Below are positions 55,061-63,920 of a DNA stretch of 64,000 bases, one piece after another; position 1 is the stretch's first letter; every line of letters begins with the position of its first letter. Made by a program: the position numbers and the translations under genes. Origin of the DNA: a virus; the IMG/VR virus record IMGVR_UViG_3300037137_001027, positions 32,001-96,000 of that record, one strand, 5' to 3'. The notes below the pieces were generated by a model. The model had not been told where the DNA came from. It did not search any database and saw only the letters and a program-made list of their open reading frames with translations.

Positions 55061-55154
55061 TTAGGGGTGGGCAGGGGACCGCAAACCCTGCCTTTTTTTA
55101 TCCTCTAATTAAGGTTGTACTAATTGTGGTATAACCCTAACCCTGGAGGCGACA

Positions 55155-55373
55155 ATGATCTGGTGCATCACCGCGACGATTGAAAAGAAAACGAAAGACG
55201 GCGTGCAGACGAGTCAAATTCCCACGTTCTTCCTCGATGGCCGCGTGCAAGGTATCATGAACGAGGGACACGCGAAGTTCATCGGCGCTGAAATTATCAA
55301 CCCCATGCGGCTGAAAAATATCACGCTGCATGTGAGCGCCATCGCCGCTGACCGCGAAGTATGGGCAGCGTAA
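55155..55373 (+). CDS. hypothetical cassette protein
   Basis: flanked by cassette repeats; ends WAA. Confidence 0.8.
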   Translation: MIWCITATIEKKTKDGVQTSQIPTFFLDGRVQGIMNEGHAKFIGAEIINPMRLKNITLHVSAIAADREVWAA

Positions 55374-55706
55374 AGGGAAGGGAGCGCCCACTCCCATTAT
55401 ACCCTAATTGGGGTTGTACTAATTGGTGTATAACCCTAACGGAGAAAGCTATGAAGATCATCGCAGCGTATCACAAGGACAGTCGCAAGAATTTGACCCC
55501 CGAACAAATCCAGGCCGATATGCCTGCCCTGGAGAAAGAACACAAGAAAGCGCTGGCAGCAGAAGCAACGTGGCAATTCTTCGGCGGCATCATCGTCATC
55601 GGGGAACACGAATACCAAGTCTGCTAAGGGAAGGGAGCGCCCACTCCCATTATACCCTAATTGGGGTTGTACTAATTGGTGTATAACCCTAACACTGGAG
55701 GCTGTC

Positions 55707-55913
55707 ATGCGGTTTGAAGTGTGCATCAAGTACGGCAATCGCTGGAGCTACAAGGGCATTTACAGCGCTAACACATCACGCGCTGCTGCCCTGGACGCAA
55801 GCTATTCGTGGAACCGCAAGGTTATCCGCGTGCGGCCCGAAGATAGCCGCGACAAGTGGCTTGTGTATCGCTTCCAGTACGTCGGCACGCTAACCTCGTC
55901 CAGCGGAGTCTAA
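55707..55913 (+). CDS. hypothetical cassette protein
   Basis: flanked by cassette repeats. Confidence 0.75.
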   Translation: MRFEVCIKYGNRWSYKGIYSANTSRAAALDASYSWNRKVIRVRPEDSRDKWLVYRFQYVGTLTSSSGV

Positions 55914-55998
55914 GGGGAAGGGAGCGCCCACTCCCTAATCATCCCTTAATTGAGGTTGTACTAAATCAGGTGTAGCAACAACCCCAACGGAGAAAGCC

Positions 55999-56184
55999 AT
56001 GACTCGGAAAGATTACGAATTGTTCGCCAAGATGCTGCGGGAAGTCCCCAGCGCGGCCAAGCGGCTCGACTTCGCGGCGGAACTGGTCAAGGTGTTCGCT
56101 GCCGATAACGAACGCTTCAACGAGGCGACGTTCCGCAATGCGGCGGATTGCAAGGTATCAAGGAAGGGGGAATACGCCAGCTAG
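55999..56184 (+). CDS. small phage protein (MTRKDY...DNERFN)
   Basis: flanked by cassette repeats. Confidence 0.8.
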   Translation: MTRKDYELFAKMLREVPSAAKRLDFAAELVKVFAADNERFNEATFRNAADCKVSRKGEYAS

Positions 56185-56271
56185 GGCAAGGGAGCGCCCA
56201 CTCCCATTATCCCCTAATTGGGGTTGTACTAAATCAGGTGTAGCGAACATCACCCCTTTCTGGAGGCTACC

Positions 56272-56478
56272 ATGATCGTCTGTGACACGCCTGACAAAAT
56301 CGAAGCGTTTCGTCTGCTGGCGCTTCGTGGCGCTCTCAAGCTCGAATGCAAGGGCTTGCGGCGCAAGGGCCAATCGGTCGCCACTCTCGTCAAGCGGGAA
56401 TTCTCCCTGCGTGGCACCAATCAGCAAGTATTGGACCAATTCGAGGCTCTTTTGCAGGAAAGGTGGATTCTTGTCTAA
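56272..56478 (+). CDS. hypothetical cassette protein
   Basis: flanked by cassette repeats. Confidence 0.8.
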   Translation: MIVCDTPDKIEAFRLLALRGALKLECKGLRRKGQSVATLVKREFSLRGTNQQVLDQFEALLQERWILV

Positions 56479-56567
56479 GGGAAACGGGGAGGGACCGCTA
56501 ACCTCCCCAATCATCCCTTAATTAAGGTTGTACTAATTGGTGTATAACCTAACCCCTGGAGGCTGTC

Positions 56568-56828
56568 ATGAAAATCGTATCTATGTTCCAGACCTGTGAC
56601 GGCAAGACGTTCACGGACAAGAACGAGGCTCAACGCCATGAAAACGAGCATGAGGCGCTCGCCAAACTTCGCAGCTTACTGAATTCCGCAATTCAGTCGG
56701 AACTGACGCGGCGCGGCAACATCGACAACATCCTCCACAGTATCCTGATGGAGAGCGCGGAAGTCCGCAACATCCTCATCACCTACAACAAGAAGATGCC
56801 AAAGGAAGCGGCAAAGGTCGCCGCATAG
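56568..56828 (+). CDS. hypothetical cassette protein
   Basis: ends KVAA. Confidence 0.8.
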   Translation: MKIVSMFQTCDGKTFTDKNEAQRHENEHEALAKLRSLLNSAIQSELTRRGNIDNILHSILMESAEVRNILITYNKKMPKEAAKVAA

Positions 56829-56916
56829 GGCAAGGGAGCGCCCACTCCCATTATCCCCTAATTGGGGTTGTACTAAATCAGGTGTAGCGAACATCACCCC
56901 TTTCTGGAGAAGTGCC

Positions 56917-57231
56917 ATGACGAATCGCATCACTGCTGCCGTTGCCCGCATGGAAAAGCAAATTGCTGACCGTATCGCCAAGGGCTTGACAACGCAAGCC
57001 AAAGTCGATGCGCTGCACGCGCATCTCGACCTCGACATTCTGGAACACGCCAAGTTTCAGGAATACAAGTCGCTGGCCTACACCGAGGGCAAACTGACCC
57101 TCGATGAATCGCAGTCGCTGTACAACTTGCTGGGCAATACCGCCAGCACGTTCAACCGCCAACCCATCGCCGTCAAGTCCGTTCTCACCTCGCTGTTCGC
57201 GGAACTGCTCAAGATGCGCATGGCAAGCTAA
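56917..57231 (+). CDS. hypothetical cassette protein
   Basis: flanked by cassette repeats. Confidence 0.8.
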   Translation: MTNRITAAVARMEKQIADRIAKGLTTQAKVDALHAHLDLDILEHAKFQEYKSLAYTEGKLTLDESQSLYNLLGNTASTFNRQPIAVKSVLTSLFAELLKMRMAS

Positions 57232-57328
57232 GGGGAAGGGCAGGGGAACGCCAACCCTGCCCCTTTTATCCTCTAATTGAGGTTGTACTAATCTAGGTGT
57301 AGCGAGAACTCCTTACTGGAGAAACGCG

Positions 57329-57586
57329 ATGATCGCTGAATACGCGCTGGACAATCTGCTGGTTGGCCAAAAGGACCGCATCCTTGGCCTCTGCAATGCG
57401 GAGAAGTATGAGGAGGCGCTCTTGCTGCTCGACTTCACGGAGGAGATGTGGGCGGCTTGTCAGTACGCTTACAAAACGCGGGAAATACGCGACCGCATCC
57501 GCCGCGACCTAAACGAAAACGTCTGGAATGCGGAACACTGGAAACAGAAAGAGAAGTGGCAAAAGTTGCTCGTTACGGTGCCGTAA
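57329..57586 (+). CDS. hypothetical cassette protein
   Basis: flanked by cassette repeats. Confidence 0.75.
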   Translation: MIAEYALDNLLVGQKDRILGLCNAEKYEEALLLLDFTEEMWAACQYAYKTREIRDRIRRDLNENVWNAEHWKQKEKWQKLLVTVP

Positions 57587-57941
57587 AGGGAAGGGAGCGC
57601 CCACTCCCTAATTAACCTCTAATTGAGGTTGTACTAATTACAGTGTAGCGACAACCCCAACTGGAGAAGTGCCATGATGAATCATCTCTACGGTGAGAAG
57701 CTGGTTGACGGCAAGACGGTCACGCTGGATCACGCGGTACAGGAATTCACCGTCGTCATTCGTTCGTGCAGCGGGATTCACCCGCAAACGCTGAAAGACC
57801 TCATCGAGCGCAAGTTCGAGGTCGTCAGCATCAAGGCGGGCGAAAGCAAAGAGTACGTCAGCTAAAGGGAGCGCCCACTCCCATTATACCCTAATTGGGG
57901 TTGTACTAATTGGAGTATAACCCTAACCCCTGGAGGCAATC

Positions 57942-58199
57942 ATGGCGACTCGATTCATCATCAAGACGGACAATCCCGAAGGCATTCCCAGCACTTGGGA
58001 AATGAGCGATTTCGAGATGAAGCACGGCTTGAACGTCAACGAGGTGGACAAGCTGTATGTGACGTTCAAGGTGAAGAAGCGCCGCAAGATCAAACGGCTG
58101 CGCATCAACGTGAAAGTGCATCCTTGCGAGTTATGCGGTTCGCACGCATACGCAAGCGGCAGCGTCGGCAGCAAGGAATTCGACAAGGAACTTTACTAA
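57942..58199 (+). CDS. hypothetical cassette protein
   Basis: flanked by cassette repeats. Confidence 0.75.
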   Translation: MATRFIIKTDNPEGIPSTWEMSDFEMKHGLNVNEVDKLYVTFKVKKRRKIKRLRINVKVHPCELCGSHAYASGSVGSKEFDKELY

Positions 58200-58287
58200 G
58201 GGGAGGGCAGGGGAATGCAAACCCTGCCAATCATCCTCTAATTAAGGTTGTACTAATTGTGGTATAACCCTAACACTGGAGGCGGTC

Positions 58288-58476
58288 ATGAAGGTTTGCG
58301 AGCGATGCGGCTGCGAGATTGCCACGAAGGACGGGGACAACCTTTGCCGCGATTGCGACGAAGGCAAGAAGAAGCGGGACAAGCGGAATGCGTCCCGCAA
58401 AGCCCGCGAGGATGCGCTCCGCTCCATTGGTCTGGTCAAAGTCAAGGGCGCTCTTGGTGGAACGTATTGGGAATAA
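58288..58476 (+). CDS. zinc-finger cassette protein
   Basis: CERC...CRDC. Confidence 0.75.
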   Translation: MKVCERCGCEIATKDGDNLCRDCDEGKKKRDKRNASRKAREDALRSIGLVKVKGALGGTYWE

Positions 58477-58570
58477 GGGTAGGGGAGGACCGCAAACTCC
58501 CTAATTAACCTCTAATTGAGGTTGTACTAAATCAGGTGTAGCGAACATCACCCCTTTCTGGAGAAGTGCC

Positions 58571-58846
58571 ATGAAGCTGCAAAACGTCACCGTCGTCATC
58601 CTGGCCCGCGTCGAGAACAACGGCCTCAAGGTGGCCAGCGTCATCGACAATCCCGAAGTGCCGTCCAGCGGCGGCAAGCCCGTCATCGGCCCGCTGATGC
58701 GGCGGCTCATGTCGGTCAAGGAGGTCGTCGCGCGGACGGGACTGAGCAAGGGCAAGGCCGCTGATGCGCGGCGGCTCAACCCAATGACCTACCTGGCCGA
58801 CTTCGAGGGGCAATCGCCACTGGCGTTGTCGCTCCAGGCCGCGTAA
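58571..58846 (+). CDS. hypothetical cassette protein
   Basis: ends LQAA. Confidence 0.75.
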   Translation: MKLQNVTVVILARVENNGLKVASVIDNPEVPSSGGKPVIGPLMRRLMSVKEVVARTGLSKGKAADARRLNPMTYLADFEGQSPLALSLQAA

Positions 58847-59922
58847 CAATAAGGCGGTCGCTGCGGCAAGGTCGATCAGTCCACCCGTGGGACCGCAGGG
58901 CAGGGGGGGAACCCCTGCCTTTTTTGTTATCATCCCGTAATTAAGGTTGTACTAATTTGTGTGTAGCCAACAACCCCTTACGGAGAACTGCGATGCGACA
59001 CTACATCAGTCGGCAGAAGGCGCAGAGCTACGGCGGATTCATCTACTACCAGTGCAAGCGCGGCAAGTACATGCTGGTGAACTACCACGGCGAAACGATG
59101 TGGATGGGATACGTCCAGCCCCACGGCTTCTACGTCGTTCCCTTCGACCACGCCAGGGGCCAGAGCGAACAACTCAAAGACATGGTAGCATAACGTTAGG
59201 GGTGAGGCAGGGGACCGCAACCCTGCCTTTTTTCAATCATCCTCTAATTGAGGTTGTACTAATCTAGGTGTAGCGAACATCACCCCTTTCTGGAGCAATC
59301 ATGCTGACCAACACTTGCAAGCCCCGCTTTGCTACGCTGAATCTCACGATGGAACAGCGGTTGCAGCGCTGTGCCACGCCCATGACCAAGTTCACCCTGT
59401 TCAACGCACTAACGGGCCGCGCCATCAAGGGCGGCAGCACCATCAGCATCAACGGGATTCCGTGCATTCTCTCCAGCATTCAGAGAGAGGACGGAAGCGG
59501 CAGCAGCTTCAACCTCATCGTCTACGGCCCCGACAACCAGCCATACAAATGCTACTGCCGCACAACGGACTAAGGGGAAGGGAGCGCCCACTCCCATTTA
59601 CAAGATCATTGCGGTTGTACTAAATAGAGTAAGGAGGACAATCATGCACCAGACAACCGCAATCCGCCGCAACGACAAGGGCTTTATCATCAAGCTCGGT
59701 CCCGCGCCCGAACGCGGCAACCTGTTCCGCATTGCGGATCAGATCGGTATGGCCGCTGCTACTGACAAGCGCCAGCATCGCCGCCGTACCAAGGCCGCAC
59801 GCAAGGCCCGCCGCTGGAAAGCGGAGTAACAACAAGGGAGCGCCCACTCCCTAATGAGCCTCTAATTGAGGTTGTACTGATCGAGGTGTAGGACGAGTCA
59901 ACCCCTTTCAAGGAGCCATCGC

Positions 59923-60168
59923 ATGAACGCTCTGGTACAGGTCGGCGTCGGTGAGGTCATCGCGTCCCGCAAGCTGACTGGTGGCGGCATCCTGGTGCAG
60001 CGGCTTTGCTGCTCTTGCAAGCACGCTTTCTGGTCGGCCTACAACGAACACAAGAGCGCGTGTGCCGATTGCGACCCGCCCGCCAAGCGGCCCGAATCGC
60101 GGGGTATCGGTCGCAACCTCGACCGCAAGGCGAGCGACCGCCAATATCACGGTAGCAACGTGGAGTAA
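59923..60168 (+). CDS. zinc-ribbon cassette protein
   Basis: CCSC...CADC. Confidence 0.7.
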   Translation: MNALVQVGVGEVIASRKLTGGGILVQRLCCSCKHAFWSAYNEHKSACADCDPPAKRPESRGIGRNLDRKASDRQYHGSNVE

Positions 60169-60275
60169 CGCGGGGAAGGGCAGGGACCACAACCCTGCCT
60201 TTTCCTAATGAACCTCTAATTGAGGTTGTACTAATCAGGGTGTAGGACGAGTCAACCCTTAACCTGGAGACGACG

Positions 60276-60500
60276 ATGCACGATCACGGTTACACTCCCC
60301 CGCTCCCGTCCACCCGCGACGAACTGATCCGCGACACGAAGGCCGCGCTGAAGATGCTGAAGATGCTCCGCGACTTCGGCGTTGACCTCCGCGACAAGAA
60401 GATCATGGCGATCAAGCACCTCCGCACGCAGACGGGCCTCGGCCTCCGCGAAGCGAAGGAAGCCGTCGAGTTCGGCATGGAGTTGCTGGACGCAGCGTAA
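60276..60500 (+). CDS. ribosomal L7/L12 C-terminal-like small protein
   Basis: KKIMAIKHLRTQTGLGLREAKEAVE. Confidence 0.75.
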   Translation: MHDHGYTPPLPSTRDELIRDTKAALKMLKMLRDFGVDLRDKKIMAIKHLRTQTGLGLREAKEAVEFGMELLDAA

Positions 60501-60612
60501 CACGTTAGGGGAGGGGCAGGGGAACGCCACCCTGCCCTTTTTATCATTACAGTATCATTGAGGTTGTACTAATTGGGGTGTAGGACGAGTCAACCCCTTG
60601 CGGAGAACTGCG

Positions 60613-60927
60613 ATGCATACCACCGACTCCATCCGCGACCTCCTCACCCGCAACCCCAAGGCCGTTTACAGGGCGCTTGTCGTCCTGTTTGAGCGGCAGA
60701 CGGACGATGAGAAGGAGAGCGAGGAAACCAAGCACGACAACGGGCGCGGCTTCAATTACCGCGATGCCAAGTTCGGTTCCGACTTGGCGCAGAAGTGCAT
60801 CCGCCCCGACCCGCGCTACCCTTCCCCGCTCTCCGTCAATCAGCTTGCTGCGGCCCGCCGTATGCTGCACAAGTACGCTGGCCAGCTTGCCCGCATTGCC
60901 AACGGGCAGGAAACGGTCGAGGTATGA
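60613..60927 (+). CDS. phage protein (HDNGRGFN...LSxxQ...KYAGQL)
   Basis: motif familiar from uncharacterised phage proteins; terminator at 60935-60959. Confidence 0.8.
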   Translation: MHTTDSIRDLLTRNPKAVYRALVVLFERQTDDEKESEETKHDNGRGFNYRDAKFGSDLAQKCIRPDPRYPSPLSVNQLAAARRMLHKYAGQLARIANGQETVEV

Positions 60928-60973
60928 CCAAACGACCCGCCCGCAAGGGCGGGTTTTTTATTACCAATTTAGT

Positions 60974-60991
60974 TCCAGTACAACCTCATTT
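60974..60991 (-). promoter_or_regulatory. single inverted copy of the promoter motif
   Basis: reverse complement reads AAATGAGGTTGTACTGGA. Confidence 0.7.
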
Positions 60992-61277
60992 AATGCCAAT
61001 TTATACTGTACAAACTAGCGCCATGCCTGGAATGCGATTAAATCGCTTTTAAGCCACTCTAACCCTAAAACCGACCCGACATAGCCTTGACCCATTTGCG
61101 CTCGTCTCAAGCGATCCTGGCGCGATTACGGGCCATTTGAACCTCGAACCTCGACCGACTTTTGCGCCGTTCCATTCGCCTATGGTACGCTGGTATATGG
61201 CACCGTGCTAATGGTACTCTAATTGAGGTTGTACTAAATCAGGTGTAGCGAAGATCACCCCTTTCTGGAGTACGACG

Positions 61278-61493
61278 ATGCCGCGTTGCGAAGATTACCC
61301 CTGCTGTGGCCATGAGGCGGGTTGCTGCCCGAACTACGACCGCACTGGCAAGCAGACCGACATGGTTTGCACCTGCGGCGCTCGCCTGCCGATCACGGCG
61401 CGCTACTCCATCTGCGAGACGTGCCTCCGTGACGACGACGACGACGGCCCCGACTATCGGGGCGACGACTGGCAGGAGGTGGACGAATACTAG
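61278..61493 (+). CDS. Cys-rich cassette protein (CEDYPCCGH)
   Basis: flanked by cassette repeats. Confidence 0.8.
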   Translation: MPRCEDYPCCGHEAGCCPNYDRTGKQTDMVCTCGARLPITARYSICETCLRDDDDDGPDYRGDDWQEVDEY

Positions 61494-61598
61494 GGGAAGG
61501 GCAGGGGAACGCCACCCTGCCCTTTTTTGTTATTAACCTCTAATTGAGGTTGTACTAAATCAGGTGTAGCGAACATCACCCCTTTCTGGAGTACGACG

Positions 61599-61955
61599 AT
61601 GGGAACCCGCCTCTACCCGAACACCACCGACCGCGCGGCCCTGGAAGTTCTCGCTGGCGTTCCCGCTGGCACACACGCCCGCATGGACGAAATGGCCAAG
61701 CGGCACGCCGAGGCGAAGGTTGACCCCTTCGACCAGGAGGCGGGTTACGCGCAGTGGAAGGAGCGCAACGACGACGGGCCGATTGGCGACCTCGACGCCT
61801 TCCTCACCTTCGGCTGGGGCAAGTTCCGCCCCGTGGACGGGATCGGGGAGGACTGCGCGGGCCATGAGGACAACCTCGACCGCGCGGCTCGCCTGTTGCG
61901 GGCGAACGGGATCGGTGCGAACGTGGCAATGACGGGGGGATTGCACTGGGGCTAG
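61599..61955 (+). CDS. hypothetical cassette protein
   Basis: flanked by cassette repeats. Confidence 0.8.
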   Translation: MGTRLYPNTTDRAALEVLAGVPAGTHARMDEMAKRHAEAKVDPFDQEAGYAQWKERNDDGPIGDLDAFLTFGWGKFRPVDGIGEDCAGHEDNLDRAARLLRANGIGANVAMTGGLHWG

Positions 61956-62053
61956 GGGAAGGGCAGGGGAACGCCAACCCTGCCTAATTAACCTCTAATT
62001 GAGGTTGTACTAATTACAGTGTAGGACGGATCACCCCTTACGGAGTCTGACCC

Positions 62054-62281
62054 ATGTTCGCACTGTACGTTGACAACGGCACTGGTGAACTCAGCCGCGC
62101 AGTCTTCACGCTGGAAGAGATGCGCAACTACAGTGGACCTCGGCCCACTTACCTCCGCATTGGCGAGAGCGGGGAGCGCGTTTCGTGGGATACGTTCAAG
62201 GCCATTTGCGCGACGTGTCGGCCCGACGACGCGGACGACGACCCCGACAACCTCTTCGTCTATCGCAGCGACGACAACTAG
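62054..62281 (+). CDS. hypothetical cassette protein
   Basis: flanked by cassette repeats. Confidence 0.75.
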   Translation: MFALYVDNGTGELSRAVFTLEEMRNYSGPRPTYLRIGESGERVSWDTFKAICATCRPDDADDDPDNLFVYRSDDN

Positions 62282-62371
62282 GGGAAGGGAGCGCCCACTC
62301 CCTAATTAACCTCTAATTGAGGTTGTACTAATTGGGGTGTAGGACGAGTCAACCCCTTACGGAGTACGATC

Positions 62372-62827
62372 ATGGAAGCCGCACTGAAGCTGACCGATGC
62401 CAAGCCCGTCCGCAAGCCCCGCACGGCCCGCAAGGTCAAGCCCGTCGCCGCCGCGATGAAGCCCGATCACCTCCAAGCCTACGCCACCGTGGGCGTCATG
62501 TTCATGGCCGTTCTGTCCGCGCTGCTGAACGGCTACGCGAACGCGGCGAGCGCCGAGGTTGCGTGGGCAGGCTGGGGTATGGGCTTGGCCGTTCCCGTTA
62601 TCATCTTGCTCTTGGGCAAGGTTGCGGGGTTGCTCTACAAGCGCGGGCAGAAGCGCGCTGCCCTTGCTACTGCCAGCGCTGGCATTGGCTTGCTCGCGCT
62701 GTCCGTTTGGCACGTTAGCCTTTCCATCGCCGCCTTGACGGGAAGCCCGATCATGCTGGCAATGCCAATGGCGGTTGCAATCGACTGCGGTTTCGTCTGC
62801 TGCGAGGTAGCGGCCTTGCTCGACTAG
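62372..62827 (+). CDS. multi-TM membrane cassette protein
   Basis: four hydrophobic segments. Confidence 0.8.
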   Translation: MEAALKLTDAKPVRKPRTARKVKPVAAAMKPDHLQAYATVGVMFMAVLSALLNGYANAASAEVAWAGWGMGLAVPVIILLLGKVAGLLYKRGQKRAALATASAGIGLLALSVWHVSLSIAALTGSPIMLAMPMAVAIDCGFVCCEVAALLD

Positions 62828-63434
62828 GGCAAGGCAAGGGCAGGGGAACGCCAACCCTGCCCTTTTTGCTAATGATCCTCTAATTGAGGTTGTACTAAAT
62901 CAGGTGAGGACGAGTCACCCCTTTCTGGAGACGAACGATGAACTACGCTTACTTGCGGCTCGCGGCTTGGATGAAGATGATGCAAGGGGGCGAGCGGCGG
63001 CGGTGGGCGCGGGTCTGCAACTACCTTGACGCGAGGATGATGCGCTCTTGACCAAGGGCAGGGGAACGCCAACCCTGCCTAATTAACCTCTAATTGAGGT
63101 TGTACTGAATGGGGTAGGAGGATACCCCTGGGCATCGCCCATGCCCATTGAATTGTTATTAAGGTTGTACTAACATAATTAACATATGATTAATTAATTT
63201 CATTTTCTGTTTAAAAAAGTAACATCAGGGTGCCTACCGTGGACGCCATACCAGTGAGTTCTTTAAAAAAGTCAATTTCAAAATTAGCCGCCAGGGATTT
63301 TTCAAAATTCCACACATATCTTAAAAAAACTAATTTTTCCATTTTCCAAAAAATATACCAATCCAAAAAATTACCATTAGTAAAGTTTTGAAAAAATCTA
63401 CAATGGATTTTTCAAAACTTTACTATATTAAGGT

Positions 63435-63920
63435 ATGATTTGTAGTAAATGCCAAAACGATAAACCAGAGAATGCATTTTATCATTATTCATATGTTACC
63501 ACTTATGTTTGCAAGCAATGCAAGAGAGAAGCATCTTTAAAGTTATTAGATAATCCAAATAGAAAGAGATATAAGACAAAGAATTCCACATATCGGCAGC
63601 ACACAAATTTCAAAAAGATATACAAGGCTTATCATTCTGCTAAAAAGAGAGCAAAAAATAAGAACAGGGAGTTTGATATAAGCATAGATGATTTAATAAA
63701 CTTATGGGATAGTCAACAAGGGCGATGCGTACTGTCTGGTGAAAAATTTCATGAAGAACACGGAGCATATTCCGCAAGTTTAGATAGAATAGATAGTAAG
63801 AAAGGATACACAAAGGGCAACATAAGGTTTATATTATTTGCTCTTAATTCTGCTCTTTTGGATTACGGAATAGAAACATATTTAGATATTGCGGAAGCGG
63901 TGAAAAAAAATATGAGTTAG
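63435..63920 (+). CDS. HNH-like (homing-type) endonuclease
   Basis: CxxC N-terminus; QQGRCVLSG; SLDRIDSKKGYTKGNI. Confidence 0.8.
   Translation: MICSKCQNDKPENAFYHYSYVTTYVCKQCKREASLKLLDNPNRKRYKTKNSTYRQHTNFKKIYKAYHSAKKRAKNKNREFDISIDDLINLWDSQQGRCVLSGEKFHEEHGAYSASLDRIDSKKGYTKGNIRFILFALNSALLDYGIETYLDIAEAVKKNMS

Larger units (their letters stand above)
1330..63174 (+). promoter_or_regulatory. dispersed 18-bp motif AATTGAGGTTGTACTAAT (~90 copies), putative phage early promoter
   Basis: Near-invariant GTTGTACT core at gene starts, e.g. 1330, 3914, 7069, 10697, 12772, 16355, 27032, 28304, 32998, 34230, 35940, 37521, 40222, 47348, 51901, 56216, 62315, 63157; many ATGs lie exactly 9 nt after TACT. Confidence 0.9.
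48520..63174 (+). repeat. array of ~40 mostly single-gene cassettes separated by modular 75-85 bp repeats
   Basis: stop-GGGAA-hairpin-promoter motif-leader-GGAG-ATG; identical copies e.g. 56182-56265 = 56826-56909 (84 bp), 53543-53614 = 53916-53987 (72 bp). Confidence 0.92.

Noticed and set aside
48520-63174. CRISPR array
   Set aside because: Intervals are ~100-600 bp whole genes of variable length, repeats contain an RBS, and no cas genes are present.
48520-63174. Classical integron with attC sites
   Set aside because: No RYYYAAC...GTTRRRY attC structure or IntI in the window, and the cassettes carry their own promoters.
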